In this document: piece after piece, positions 33,171 to 64,000 of the stretch
How the letters are laid out: the number at the start of each line of letters is the position of its first letter
Position numbering within the stretch: the first letter of the stretch is position 1
Origin: Antedon mediterranea
Taxonomy: Eukaryota; Animalia; Echinodermata
Reading direction: 5' to 3'
NCBI RefSeq assembly: GCF_964355755.1
Contig: NC_092678.1
Coordinates: 2,186,422-2,250,421 of the forward strand
DNA: 64,000 nucleotides
The notes under the pieces: model-generated
Told to the model about the DNA's origin: nothing
Database searches by the model: none
Seen by the model: the letters and a program-made list of their open reading frames with translations, nothing else
Translations under genes and position numbers: made by a program

Positions 33171-35554
33171 TAAGAACTGTTAACATGTTATTGATGAGAC
33201 CAATGATGAGACTAAGTACACTACAAATAAAACAAGGGATTAAAATAATAATGATAATGATTATTATGAGGTATTCTCTCTATAGCACACAATGGAATAA
33301 AAATACTTAGGGGTTGTACTCCGAAGGGGCGGATCCCCCAGGTGCAACCCTCTCTGATATCTGTTTTTAACCGACTATCAATAGTTTTTTTTAGCGCACC
33401 CCATTAATATCCTGGATCTGCCCCTGCCGAGAATGATGGTAAAAATAAGAGACACATTTGGCCAAAGGCACGATATTATAATCGGGTAATAGGGACTGTA
33501 CAGTACATTTGCAATATACGAAGCAATTGGGTGTGACGAATACACACACATGTCTAAACACCATGTGTATATGTCTAAAAACCACATGCGCAAGTCTAAA
33601 CACCTATCAGCATTGTGGTAGCTTATGCGAAAATAAATTTCATAGAAGATTTGACAATACTTATAGGTGTTTATCCACCTTGGCGTTAAGCATGCGCGGA
33701 AGTCCCAAAATGCCTGTTTCAATGATTACATCATTATATCTAATCTTTGAAAATTGTCGTAAAATAGACAGACAGTACATCACCAACAGTATGAGGGCGA
33801 CATTAATGAAAACTTAGTGTTTCAACTGTGCATACAGAAAATTCTACTAAGCACTATTTAAAATCAACACTATTTTTACTAATTTTACATTATTTAGTTA
33901 TAATACAATATAAATAGTTATCTTTGTGATTTATATATTGGTTATATTATCCCAATACTTAAAGGCCTCACAAGGTGGGTTCAGCTAAAAAAGGGGGTAA
34001 CAAGGGTGAACCTTTACTACAGAACTCACAATAAAACACATCACATATTATGAATTTAGACAAATACATAGCTTTTCCATTTCTATGTATAATTTCTATA
34101 AATAATTTTTTGTAGAGTAAAACTTATTTGTATTCGTAATTACAAAATTTTAAAATGTTGAAAAAGTGGAATTAGCTCGTAAAAAAGGCATTAAGGTTAG
34201 TTAAAATGAATATAAGTTTATCCGAGGAGGTACAGTACCACTTATTTAGTGGCAAGCTAACACGAAACAGAAAGACACTTAACCACTTGATCTTGTTTTG
34301 ATGCCAATCAAACCGATGCCAATCAAACTGGCAAGCTGTGCATGTCAACATTACTGTTTTTACAGTATATTGATAAATATTGAAAAATCATTGTTAAAAT
34401 ATACATTTGAAAACTTCTAAAGGAAATGTTGCCACCAACAGTCTTCATTTCTTTCACCTATCGAAACTGCAATTTTCTTCAGCATGTACCTCACACATTG
34501 TGGCTTATCTTTGTTGTATGAGATTAATTTTCAAGTCATCTGTGTCAATACAGTTAGACATTAGTTAAAATAGATTTAACATCTTAAACCAGAGTATGTT
34601 ACAGTATATACCTGTAGTTGTGATTTCAGCTTATCAAAATAGTGTGATATACCCATCATTATGTCCATATTTGGGCATATCACAATTTTTGTCACATAAA
34701 GTTTGATAGTGTAGACAGAGCTTTACACCTCTCCATGGTCTACACAGTCAACTCTCGCAATACCGGGAGTTAGCCTAATTTCAGTTTTTTTCCAGATATT
34801 CTCGTGTTTCTTATGGTAAAAAAGAAATTGGGCCCTGAAAAAAAGTCTGGTTTTGGCTGAGTTTCCAATTTTAAAGTGTAAATACTCCTGTATTGGGTGA
34901 GTCGACTGTACTACAAACCAGCTAGAATGATCAAATGGTCATGGGTCAATGACTTGTTACTAACAAAAACTTAATTAAACCTGCTAGATTGTTTTCAATC
35001 ACTGCGCTATTTTCTACATACAAAAATAATGAACTTTATAAGCACGCAAGAATCTTTGAATTTTTAAAAATTAATTACTTTGAATTACATGATTGAATTT
35101 TGTTTGTAAAATTATCATTTCAGTGGAGTATTTCATAAATTATGAATACATTCTAAACTTTTGATGAATGGTAAATTATTAAGATAATTTCTGAACCTGC
35201 ATGTAGAACATGGACACATACACAAGCAGAATACAGGGACAATACAGTGCATTTTTATTCCCATGGTATAACAATAGCTGAAGGCATGATAGTCCCTGGC
35301 TCACACCACCCGTCTTCTTTCCCCCACCCCTCTTGATTTTTATTTGCAACAAGTGACTGGTTTGACCTCTTGTTCCATTTAAACATGATTCTTGACACAC
35401 ATGAGTGATTCCTGACCCATATTAAGATGATTATCACATGTGCATTTACATAAATATTACACTCAAGTGTTGAAATAATTTACAACAGCACATACTTAAT
35501 AAATTACGGTTGTATCAAGGGTTTTAATTTAAACATATATTTTGACAGATTTGT

Positions 35555-35750
35555 CAACGCTATGTGCTGCCATCTAACAACAAGTTTTGTTGTCTAACAA
35601 ATGTGTTGCCATCTAACAAAACATGTTACTATCTTACAACACACCTAACAAATGTTGCAATCTAACAACAAGCATTGTCATCTAACAAAACATGTTGCTA
35701 TCTGACAACACATCTTCTAACAAGCGTTGCCATCTATACAAGTGTTGCAG
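35555..35750. repeat. Degenerate ~20-bp tandem repeat (GTTGCCATCTAACAA) in the predicted 3' UTR of the kinase gene
   Basis: Repeated ATCTAACAA units. Confidence 0.6.
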
Positions 35751-35939
35751 CCTAATGTTTCTGTAAAGTATTACCAAACAAGTAGAGCACTTAACAGCTG
35801 ATCCAGTTTGGTCGGTTTCTACCAAGCGTTGCTGACAACATGGACATATACAGTATCTATATTAATTAGTTTTTACGATTAGGATATGATTGATAATGGT
35901 CCCATAAGACATGATGTAAGCAGCTATTGTTATTATAGC

Positions 35940-52231
<16,292 letters not shown>

Positions 52232-53556
52232 GATTCTTGAATAATAACACTGTCTAGTATACTAACAAGTCAAATTATCCAGTAGCAATTGTAATACCAT
52301 TAAGATTTGGTCATTAATAAGTTACTTTAGATTGGATTTAAGAAGTTTATGATGTACTTTAGCAGTGAAAATCTCATAAGATCATTACACTATTAGACTT
52401 GAGTTCCTTGACTCCATGTTTTAACAATCACTTCCAAATAGTTGTGTAATTAATTCCCTTATGAATAAGTCCTTTCGTCTCTACTGGTATGACTTCCTTA
52501 GATTTTAATAGTATTGTTGTAAAGTCTGCAAATAGAAAAATAAACATTTTAGTGTTTTGCTCCAAATTACAATGATTACAATTAAAGTATTTAAATTAAA
52601 GACAAATAGCAAATTGCATTGCATTTTTCTTTGTAGAATTAGTAGTGGTCAATTGTTGATACTACTGTATATACTATAAATTCTGTGATACTGTGTCATA
52701 ACACTTTATCACATGTGATGCCTGTATTACCGGCCATAAGCCTAACAGATTCCACATGATACTACATACTGTATGTAACACTGTATTACAGAATTTGCCT
52801 ATTATACTGGACATATTGTAAGTGTAAGTGTAAATACAGTGCAGAGAATCTGGTGGAATTAGCAGAAACATGATCGTTACAATAAAATACCAATTGCAAA
52901 AAAACAAAAACTCATCTAAAATAAGTGACTGTATACAGTCCATTTTACCTTGGAGAAAATAAGTTTTATTTCTCAATGGTTTTACTATTAAGCTTTATGA
53001 ATATCTATTTCTAAAAATCAACTGTTTAATGATGTAATTGTCGATTTTCACTGTGAATTCTTGGAGTAATAATCAATGCATTCATTATAAAACAGATTTA
53101 AATTATGACAACTAATTGTAATTTGGTACGGTTGAATGGGTTAAAAAAAGCGTGAAGTAATTGCGGGCTGTTAAAATGGTGATGATGAAAGCAAATGGCT
53201 GGGCTGAATAACGCTTCTCAATCGATCTAAATAGATGGTTATCAATTAATTCAGTCGTAAGATATTCTGAATGGTATAGTACTTAGAAAAGATCTTGGAC
53301 TACGAGAGAAGTGAACATTTTGTGGAGTCATAGCTTGGTGGTTAAGATGTTCTATGTTCAAATCCTATCTTGTGCCAGGATTTAGTCTAACAGTAACAAC
53401 CATTATAATTCATTCAGATTTTTGTAAATATTTTATAGTGAAATAACTATTTATATCATCTTCTAACAATAACATAATTAAATATTCTGCTTTAAAGTGA
53501 TTTCTTTAATCTGTAGGATTTATGGACGTATTAAATCAAAACATGAATACTTTTAA

Positions 53557-54171
53557 AGCCCCCTTCCCTACGTTTTTTAGATCTAATTTAAGATCACAAA
53601 CTATATTTAATGTAAAAATAATACTATATGGTCCTATTGCGATAACTTTTAAAAATGTGAAAAATAAGTCGATTCTAATAATTATAGCGGCCCGCTATAA
53701 ATCCCCAAATGCATTGCGCGCGGATTGATATTTTTGTTTTTCACCTGTAATTCGCCCACTTTTCGATCGATCGTGAGGCCAAAACAAATGGAAGACTCCT
53801 AAAAAACTTTTCAGCGAAAATACCGGGTTTTCCCCAATTTGTATCAATGGAGTCTGGCAAAAATAGAAAGACAATTAATGCAGCAACTATACAACGTCAG
53901 GCTAGGTATATAGCTAGCGTACGATGTTCGTACGTTACCGATGTTTACCAGCTAGGCCTACAAAACTAAGCCTGTAGCTAGGCTAGGCTTAAGACCGTCC
54001 ACGAGAGGTCGATCGCCGCGAGCTACTTAGGTAGTGCATTGTTTCTCACTTTTTATCATAATTTACCATAAAACGTACATTTAAGACAAGGAATGACATG
54101 GTTTAATGTTTTTAAAGTGATATATGTGTATTATTTTCCAAAAAACGTCCAAATTTGCAGGGAAGGGGTCT
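53557..54171. mobile_element. Non-autonomous Kolobok-like DNA transposon, copy 2 (inverted relative to 6324-6950)
   Basis: TTAA at 53553-53556 and 54172-54175. AGCCCCCTTCCC...GGGAAGGGGTCT. Near-identical to copy 1. Confidence 0.75.
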
Positions 54172-54546
54172 TTAATTATTTATATTTTGGCAAATAAATT
54201 TGAAAAAAAAAGAGTACAATTTATATTACAATTAGTACAATACACTGTATTTTACTAAATAACATTCACAATGCTTGTAACTTCAAACAACATATTTTGA
54301 GCTTAATTATTGCTTGTATAAAGGACTATGCTGTTGTTTTATTAAAGGTTTATCTAACCTCTGACCATAGAATCAACTAAACTTTTGATCTGATCAAATT
54401 CCACATTTGCCCTATAGAAACATAATACACAATAGGTTGTAGATACAACATACAGTACACAGTATGCATAAGATTTATGCAATAGTGCATCAGGCATGAA
54501 TGCACTGGAATTTGGCATACAAATTGTAAAACGTCGTGCTGACTAA

Positions 54547-55367
54547 GGCCCTGTTTCTGCTGCCAACTAAATACCGTATATTATACGGTATTTTTTTAAT
54601 ACCGTATATATACGGTATATTTTTGGCAGCAGAAACTGCACTCATAAAAAATATACCGTATTTTGTATACCGTATTTTCCCCACAAAATTTGTGGATAAA
54701 ATACGGTATTTACAAATTTATACCGTATTTTTTGTACCCGTTTCTGCTGCCAATAAAAAATACCGTATTTTTTTTTACATGACAAAAGGTCAACATTCCT
54801 GTTTTTATTTTCTGTCGCTGTCAGCTGCTTTACACACGTGTATAGATATATTCGGCGAAAATGTGGAGCGAAGACGTCACAGTTTTACTAAATAAATGTG
54901 TGTGGGGAAGCTAAAATGTCTGGCCAACTAAAAGGTAATAAAAGGGACAACCACATTTATAAAGACATTTCTAAAAAAATAAAGCAGGAGTATGGAATAG
55001 ACTTGTCTCCAAAGCAAGTAAACTGAAAGCTGAAGAGCCTGCGAAAGCAGTACAACATTGCAAAATACAATAACTCGGGGAGGGAACGAATGATTGTCCC
55101 CATTACGATGTTTTCTGTGCTCTCACAACATCTCTATCACTAGGGCTAGGCTGTTGAAAGTGAGACGTAAAACTTCCTTTATTGCGACTTTTAATTATCG
55201 ATCAAATAAATGAATGGCAATTTGGGTAAAAAAGATGAAATTTAACATGACCACCCAAGAAGTATTGTTAGCAGAAACGGGGTACTAAAAAATACGGTAT
55301 AAAAAATAACGTATTTTATACCGTATTTTTATACCGTATTTTGAGCAGTTGCAGCAGAAACAGGCCC
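54547..55367 (+). mobile_element. PIF/Harbinger deletion derivative with Myb/SANT-like ORF remnant
   Basis: TAA TSD (54544-54546, 55368-55370). TIR GGSCCTGTTTCTGCTGC. Many ATACCGTA subterminal repeats. ~54916-55110 translates GQLKGNKRDNHIYKDISKKIKQEYGIDLSPKQVN*KLKSLRKQYNIAK..NSGRER. Confidence 0.8.
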
Positions 55368-57638
55368 TAATTGAGCCACCCTGGTAAAATGAATAAAAAA
55401 AAATGTAATAATTTGCTATGTTTTATAAAAACATTTTTAGGATTGTTTGATGAGTAAGGGGTTAAAGTTTAAAGTACTGACTATGTGGTATGTAGGAAGG
55501 CAGAAGTTGTAAATCATACTCATTTTAAATTACATCATCAACATGCCATTGTAATTGTACAGTTGTGAATAATAATTTACGGCATACACAAATTTGTACA
55601 TAACGAAGACAGGAAATCGCAAAGACCAAAAAAAATAATTTCCTCATCATTGTTATTGTATTCTAAAAATTCATTAATTTTCATTATAATATATTCACCA
55701 GGCGGTTTATAATTTTTTCTATTGTATGCCTGTTAATTTATGTTAAATTTAAATCTACATTTTTATGTTTAACTTAAGTACCAAAGGTTCTGAAACCACT
55801 CAATAGATTGAAGAGACACATTATCTTCTTCTTGCACAAACAATATTGATTGATAATGGCCATGAAAGGCTGCAGTAGGTCTATTTCCAGCAAACAACAT
55901 ACATTACTTAAACATTGAAGCACATTATAAAATAATAACATTAATATTATAGCATGACAATGTGTGAGTGGGTGGATAAAAGTATGACAATAAAAACAAG
56001 TGGATAATGTAGTAGATGAAACAACATCTTTTCTTATAGGAATAGCAACATTCATAATAAATACATATTGAACAAAGAGACAATCATTAAGAAGAAATGT
56101 ATCCAATTAAAGTACATGCTTCAAAAACTACAGTTTTCATTTATAATGTTACAAGTAACATTGACAATATATCACATTCAAACATTTATGATGATGTAAT
56201 CTGGACTATTCCATTTTGCCATGAGGTAAAATAAAAAAAGGTTCATGTTTTAATGGATGCATAATATACAGTAACTTACAAGTCTACAGAATATAAATTT
56301 GAATGAAATTTTGTGTGGGTTTATATAGACATTTAATTTATTTTCAAATTGGCTTTGATTGAATCGAGTTAATAAGATTAAATTATCAATTAATAAGATT
56401 AAATTATCAATATGATTCATTTTTTCAGCAAATCACTGATACTGCAGCATAGCATTTTCAATCAAGCGTTTAGTTTAAACTGGCCAAATACACTCTTTTG
56501 TTTTTATTTTATGCCACAAAATGCTAATTTTGTTCTAAAGAAAAAAATGGTCAATTTTCAACAATAGTAGTAACAGGGAATGGCAGTTTAAGGCTTTATT
56601 CATTGTGATTTGTAAACTTTTATACAAATGTCAAATAATAACAGTAATACTGCACGTTTTTCTATACTCAAACTGGTTCATTATAGAGTTGACAATAATT
56701 ACAATTGGGTTACCATATGTCCTGTATTTAATATAGATTGAAGAGTCTAGGTGAATAAGTATCGTCAGTTGCTGGATTGAAGAGTCTAGGTGAATAAGTA
56801 TCGTCAGTTGCGTAAAGGGCCACTGAGCAGACCCAAAAAAAAAGGCATTAAAATATGTTAAAAAAGGCATTAAAATATGTTGAAAAGGGCTAAAAATACC
56901 CAAGGTATACAGCACAGAGGGCCACTTAGGGTCCCTAAACCAGGGCCTAAGTCCTCTGCATTACACCAGTGAGCAGTGTGTCAATATTTATCCAGAAAAT
57001 GGACAGAAGATTTTGAATATTTAAACAATACAAAGCATTACACAGTATTGAATTAAATCAAGTCTGGACACAAGTCTAGAACATATGTCAAGTGCGAACA
57101 GATATGATGATTAGTATAAAAGGTGATTTCACTATACTTGAGTAATCTAGCACTTTGACTTCCTGTGGTAGCATAGTACACATACCTACAGTTTGGAATT
57201 AGATAGACTCCAGAAAAGAGTATCAATATGCTACATGAAACTCTGTATGCATTAAACATGGATGATGATTGACATATGCCACCAAAATACTAAAAATACT
57301 AACACTCTCTTTTCTCTATTGGAGGGGAGTTAAATACAAGTATGCGGTTTAACTTGATCTACGTTCAAATGTTTATGCCTATAGTAACATTACTGTACAT
57401 CAAATATAACCCTGAAATCTACTGGAGTTATACTGTAATCACCTCGGACTGATATATAGTATAAGATATTAAACGATAGCTAACTGTACGTCGGTTGTAA
57501 CTTGGATATGATTTGGATCTGCAGCTTTAAATGCGGTCTACTGTAAAGTGTAAGCAAGCTTAATTCTAGTGCATGTGAACACAGAATACAGTAGGTGCTG
57601 TCATATTCACATTAAGATAATTTTATCTATTGTACAAA

Positions 57639-58274
57639 TATGGCACGCCAGGACGGACATAACTATATGTCAAGTTGACATCGCTCGTGTTGAGTTTACA
57701 CATGAGTCAACAAGAGCGATGTCTCCATAACACGAGCGATGTGTAAACTCAACTAGAGCGATGTCTCCATAACACAAGCGATGTGTAAACTCAACACGAG
57801 CGATGTCTCCATAACATGAGCGATGTTAACATAACACGAGCGATGTCTCCATAACACGAGCGATGTGTTAAACTCAACACGAGCGATGTCTCCATAACAC
57901 GAGCGATGTTAACATAACACGAGCGATGTCTCCATAACACGAGCGATGTTAACATAACACGAGCGATGTCTCCATAACACAAGCGATGTGTAAACTCAAC
58001 ACGAGCGATGTCTCCATAACACGAGCGATGTGTAAACTCAACACGAGCGATGTCTCCATAACACAAGCGATGTGTAAACTCAACACGAGCGATGTCTCCA
58101 TAACACGAGCGATGTTAACATAACACGAGCGATGTCTCCATAACACGAGCGATGTTAACATAACACGAGCGATGTCTCCATAACACGAGCGATGTGTAAA
58201 CTCAACACGAGCGATGTCTACATAACACGAGCGAGGTCAACTTGACATAGTTATGTCCGTCCTGGCGTGCCATA
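57639..58274. mobile_element. Unclassified TIR element with 6-bp TSD and an expanded internal 20-22-bp repeat array
   Basis: ~55-bp TIR TATGGCACGCCAGGACGGACATAACTAT...GTCAAGTTGAC. TACAAA on both sides (57633-57638, 58275-58280). Interior is AACACGAGCGATGT plus CTCCAT, GTAAACTC or TAACAT. Confidence 0.8.
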
Positions 58275-60524
58275 TACAAACATAGTATAAGCAAGATTTG
58301 TATGTTTTTCTACACTGGATTTAGATATCACAATAAATGAATCATAAAAAAATAGAGCGAGTCAATGCCAATAACATTGAATTGTCCAACGTTCAAAGGT
58401 GACAGACAATGTTAACACTTAAATATCATTGTATTAAACAAGCAACGTTAAATGGTGTAAATATCATGAAATTATGTACATACACTTTGACTGAGACTAA
58501 ACACGCAAATAAACGAGAAAAAAAAATTAATATTCAAATGAAACGACAATGGATACTTATTTAAAACTGTTTGAATATATTAGTCTCATCATAACAATTA
58601 ACTGCACACTTCTGCAATGAGACTATTGTGCAACAATCAAATACACACACATGCAGTTAATAATCTAAACACAAGTTGTACATTGATAGACAGATAAACA
58701 ACACCACCAGGTCATAGTCTGTTACTTTTCTAACAACTGGCTTTATCGCTACTCTTTGACTGTTGTACTGTATTTGTGTATTTTTATTCTCATTGATAAT
58801 AAAACTATTCAAAACAGGACAATAGAATTTGAACTGTACTGTAAAGCAATCAAATGTATAGTTCATACTTTACACCTTGTGACATTAATATTCTTCCCAA
58901 TTGGTTTAAATCTTTCCTGTTTTGGTTAGTATTTTGAGTATCAATCTCTGTCCAGTCTTACTGTTTTTTCCTATTTGGCTTCAGTTATTTTGAGATGATT
59001 GTATATAGAACAGAAATGCTGTCAATAAAAATGGTGTTTTTCTGGTACGAAACAATAATATGAAATACTTACAGTGCTAGCAATAAAAAGTATCCATCAT
59101 GAACAATATCAAGCTGGGAAAAATGTCATACAGTATAAATTTAGGACTGAACAAAAAAGCTATTCATTATAATAGTTTTAGTCAGAGTTAAAGTTACTAT
59201 AGTAATATTAACAAAGGCCTTTTGGGTAATGTTACTGTAATATTATTTGCGAGCAGAATTTTTGTTTAAAATAAATTTGCTTTATTCAGCGCTATGCAAG
59301 AGAAACAGACCCTCAAAACATTTTTGTATATTCTGTGAAAGTCCTCAGTGGCAATCAAATAAACATGTGTCTTGATCCTACATGTAATCAGAAAAATTTT
59401 AAATGTGTAAATTACTTTTACTTTATCCATTCAAGGACCAAATGCTGTCTCAAAATATTACTTGTTACAATACACGTTTAACCTACCTAGGAGGTCTATA
59501 CACCACAAGCAGAAAAAACAACAAAGTACAAAAATAACCCACAGTACAGTAGGCTGCAACGTTATTTGATCCCAAAACCTCAAATGCAATGTCGGAAAGT
59601 TTTGATGAACTTATTTCACACAATTTTCTAAAAATGTTTAGTTAAAAAAATAATAAAGCACTCAATTTATAATATTATTTTCATGAATAAGAAACAAAAG
59701 GTTTTAGTAATTGAATTCTTTTTAATTCAAATATTATTCAAACAAAATGCTAGTAGTAGTTGTACATTTTAGTAAATTAAGAATATGGATTAAAAAAGCA
59801 AAAACCAGTTTAGAAAAGATATTTCATGTACACAGTATTTTCTTTTAAAATCAGAGATACTGTATTGTAATAGAGGCAAGTCAATACACATTCTAATTCA
59901 TGTATATTGTAATAATGTATAGCGCTTTTAACAATTAGCAGTTTCTCTTGTCTCAAAGTTCTTGAAAATGTTTTAAAATGAGAATGAGATTGTCAGTAAG
60001 AGATTTTACATTACAGGTGTACAGTCGGTATTATTATTATTAAACAAAAGATTAAATTACTACATTAAAATATTAAATACTATTATCTTATGTCCGCAAC
60101 AAACTTATTTCTTCTTCTAGAAAATGTATTTTGAATGTTCTCTTTATTGAGCTAAAAATGCTTTGTTCGCCAAGCAATTTTTAATGAGAATTCTCACCTT
60201 ACAAACCTTTAAACAATAAATGGTCTAAATATCCATGACGACGACATACAAATATGGCACGACGAGTAAATTTAATTGTGAGGCGGATACTCCTGAGACT
60301 CTGCATTTGCATTTTGATTGTATACAGATATAGATAATGATCTTCTATTTTCTGCATAATTAGTATTGCATGTAGAACAGCATCAGAGTTTAGTGGTGGA
60401 TCATCGATACTAAGTTCTACTAGGTTGAGAAAGAGTAGGATTACGATGATGTACTGTAATAAGCCTCCCTACTAAAGTTTTAAGCTCGTTTTCCAATTCA
60501 ATTCAATATATTTTCATCAAACAC

Positions 60525-60732
60525 AGTGGCTCTAAAAGGAGAAGCCCCATATTCACTCATCATCGGCAAATTGGTACACTATTCGAAAAGAGTAGGGGAT
60601 CGTTTCCCGGTGTGCTAATCTGGTAGGCGCTGCACTGCTGGCTGCCGTGGGTCCGTAGAGGGCCTAATCCGAATCGCCTCAGATTCCAATTAGCTTGAGG
60701 ACTAAGATAATTACCTTTATTTTTACCTTTAC
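60525..60732 (+). mobile_element. SINE 3' fragment (Deu-like core, short-repeat tail)
   Basis: ACACTATTCGAAAAGAGTAGGGG...CCCGGTGT resembles the core of the SINE at 46797-47085. Ends in TACCTTTA repeats. Confidence 0.45.
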
Positions 60733-63700
60733 ATAACTCATCAACACCCATCCTTGAGCAATTTCAAATTGCGCATAACATACTGTACACGAGGTACCAA
60801 TGTGTAGTGACTGTGAGATGGAATTTACACCTCTTTAATTAAAAGTAAGTCGGTTAATCTGATTTGTTTTATTAATGCCTTCTTCATGCAAATTTACACT
60901 TACTGTAAAATATAAATACTGTACTGATTCAGTGTACACTATAATATGCCTCCTTTCAGTATGGTAATCAAGGCTGTAATACGTCATTAACGTAATATGG
61001 GATTTCCCACTTAATGTGTTTTAAGTGTTTATGGAAGTCTTTGAGCAAGTGACAATTATAACTTAAGCTCAATTTTCAAATAACAATTTACCAAGTATAG
61101 TATTTATTAAACTAACGATAAACTAACTGCAACTTCTCTAAATTGCATTCTCGTCAAAACAGGGCTACAGTAATACTGTACTACAGTTGTTCCGATTTTA
61201 CTAAACTCTGTTCCTTTTTTATGTAGTTTCGAAAACTGTATATGGTTACTATATGACATGTCATGTATGCCAAAATATTTTTCTTCTTATGAATATCATT
61301 TATAAGGCAATATGCTTACTGTAACTGTCTGTACACAACTGTATGTTACAATATACTCTATGCGGGAACATATTAATGGATTGTTTTTTCTGAGATGTTT
61401 CTTTTATTAATAGACATGCATGCACGATATGCCTGAGTGTATCAAGAGATCCACTCTTCTATCACATTAATGTTCATATCTTGCCGTGTGAATTGGGTAA
61501 AAGCATACAATACATTAGCTAATAGCTAGGAAATGAAACTTGGCGCACGGCTATAGTTCATTATGAAGAAGGATGTCTATTTTAGCACATTAGTGAAATG
61601 GCAACCCAAAAGGGCAGGCATACTAACTCGTGCTTTATACTACTAAGTTTATTAATTTATGGTTTTATTTTTAGCAGAAATATCGGATAAAGTACAAAAA
61701 CTAAATATGGGTGCCAAAAGGTAGAAAAATCCATTTAGATGTCAATAGATACTGTAGATCTATTTTAGATTATTCTAATAGTGGATGGTGAAGTGAGGTA
61801 ATGTAGTATGTATAGTATGGAGGAATTTATTTTTAATACTAATACTTCCAGTCATACTGTACTGTAGCTAGCAAATTGTTGGTACTGTATCTATATTTCA
61901 TAGTATCAAGGCAAATTCTGTGATACTGTACATGTGTCACTTGTATCTCTAAATGCCTGTATCATAATCTATAAGCCTAAGTACTGTTAACCATAGCACC
62001 ACATGTGATTATGTGACAACTGTATTAAATAATTTGCCCGATACATTACTGGGCATAATTACCGAATGTCATACAGTTTACTACAGAGAATCGGCTGATA
62101 CGCTAAACATGAAACAGGCTGTTAATTTTACTCGGATTCAAATAACAAAACTAGTTAACTTCTATAATAAGACTATACTATAAATAGATCTTAGATAACA
62201 TTAATAACATTCACTTGGGTATTGTTTCAAAGAACAAGATATTTTTAACGCTTTGAAGAGAAACTCAAGGTAAAACACAAACTTACTTTTTTTAATATTT
62301 CCTGAAGAATTCGCGAGGCATTCTCTGGAAATAAAGTCTGACAATTATAGACACATCCTTGGAGTGACTGCAGGTGTAGCAGGAAATCGTGCATTTCTAC
62401 AGAACTGTCAACATGATAAATCGGTTTATTATGTTGCTTTATTTGTTCTGCAGACTGTCTTTGATTTAAAATGTTATGTTGAAAGAAGGATTGACGCCCC
62501 TAGATAAAGCGCACCTATTGTATTATGCTTTATTTGTTTAATGATAAAAAGTTATTGGTAGATAATATTGTTATAAACTGTAATACGGTAAGCATTTTAA
62601 TGCTTCTAAGAGTGGTTGCAAGCTGAAATTTAGGTTCAACTTAAAAAATTTACACACATTTTTTACCAAATCCAGAATAGACTTTAAACACTATCTTTAT
62701 ATTTTTCATGATTTTTTATTTGGCTAAATGACCAGAATTGTGCCTCAGTGTGAATGTATCTTTAAAACCATCTTCTATACCCAATATTAAATTGAGTGTT
62801 GGCAAATGCAGTATGAACACAATCTAGTTTCAATTGGCTAAATTCAAAATTTGTAGTAATGTTTTTATTACTGTCAGGTGTGTTGTCAAAATCATTAATC
62901 TTATCTACCTTTTGTATTGATTCATAATACATTATTTTATTATTGTTTCAAGTGTCGTCCCTTAAAGCCATACTGTTCAAGAACAACGAGTGCAAATTTC
63001 ATTTAATTAAAACACATTAGTATGTTCAAATCTAGATGGAGTGCAAGTTTCACGCCAATCTGGACGGAATTTTTAATTTGACTTCTGCGGTAATATGACA
63101 CTAATTAAACTACGGACTTCACTATGGCTATCTTAGACAATATTCATGATTTAATAGCATTAGATGGCATTCTTCCTCGCATTGATTTTGACTGCATTTT
63201 CTCGCTAGATTTCAGATCAATATTCATCATAATGGACACTCCGAGGTATTTCCCAGGGTAGTTCACTAGCTTTGCTATAACTGGCATTCTTCTTGAATTT
63301 TTTAAAGGTGCAGTGTCTGTTATTTTGATAGTTTGATAGCCCCAACTTTGGTTAATTGTTATTCGCTAACAATTTTTCTTTTCCATATGTCATCAAGAGC
63401 GATTCAAAAATTGTATCTCCTATGTTGACATAAATTAGAAATCTGAAATTATCAGATGTAATGTAATAATATGAAACATGTGGAACACAAAATGTAAGGA
63501 AAATTAGGAAGCCCAGCTGTGACCTACTGATGTGCAACTATACTCAAATTAGGTTCTGCACAAATGATAAATTGATATAATAAATATAGTGACAACATTT
63601 TTAACAAAATTGTATATCGCATTTTTGATGGGAGATTCGCAAAATGTTGACTTGTCTTCCGGCTAAACATCATGATTTTATAATTTTTTTAAATAATATT

Positions 63701-64000
63701 TTTAAAGATACGTTCTGCTATTAAAAAGAAACACTCATTATTGTGCATAATAAACAATAAAAATTACATTGAGCAACATTATTAATTAACTGCAAATTTG
63801 GCACACTCATCATTGTTTGACAGTCTGATCTATTTAATTTTTAGCTCCTTCCTAGCTAGGCCTACAGGCTAATGGATGACGCAGGCCTGCTAGGCTGTAC
63901 TGTATATCCTGCGACTAGGCCCCCAGGCCAACTCTACAGGCCTAGGAGGCTAGGCCTTCTCAGTAAGTTTAGCTAGCCTGGGCCTGGTGCTATTTATCGT

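Noticed and set aside
57700-58235. CRISPR-like repeat-spacer appearance
   Set aside because: The linkers are only 6-9 bp and are themselves repeated, there are no cas genes, the context is eukaryotic and the array lies inside TIRs.
62286-63540. Possible 5' UTR exon of the kinase gene (~62397-62287) and a KYLGV-containing frame near 63250
   Set aside because: Splice signals alone are insufficient, and a single five-residue motif is not enough to call a reverse-transcriptase remnant.
63850-63990. Cluster of TAGGCCTA/AGGCCT palindromes suggesting a promoter
   Set aside because: The motif is common throughout this window and the region is cut by the window edge.

Overview
AT-rich, intron-containing animal DNA, probably from an invertebrate deuterostome. 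It has three main parts. (1) An apparently intact 16.3-kb Polinton/Maverick (adintovirus-type endogenous virus) at 11663-27967, with AGTAGT...ACTACT ends, ~270-bp TIRs and a perfect 6-bp TSD (ATCGTT). It encodes an RVE integrase with chromodomain, minor and major capsid proteins, two basic core-like proteins, an adenain-like protease, a packaging ATPase and a protein-primed PolB that I predict is spliced from three exons (vOTU and Vsr-like domains). Accessory genes are a tandem-PC4 ssDNA-binding protein, a Bcl-2-like protein with a predicted intron, a SIM/Cys-His protein and a small gene with predicted non-coding leader exons. The Polinton sits almost exactly at the centre of a second, non-coding fold-back DNA transposon (10346-29311; TAG termini, ~750-bp TIRs, 3-bp TSD CTA; Academ-like). 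(2) A three-coding-exon host gene for a predicted N-myristoylated death-domain protein (30466-31663, +). (3) A 13-coding-exon PCTAIRE kinase gene (CDK17-like, 52231-35940, -). The rest is intergenic or intronic DNA with many MITEs, SINEs and tandem repeats. All calls were made by eye; no database search was run.
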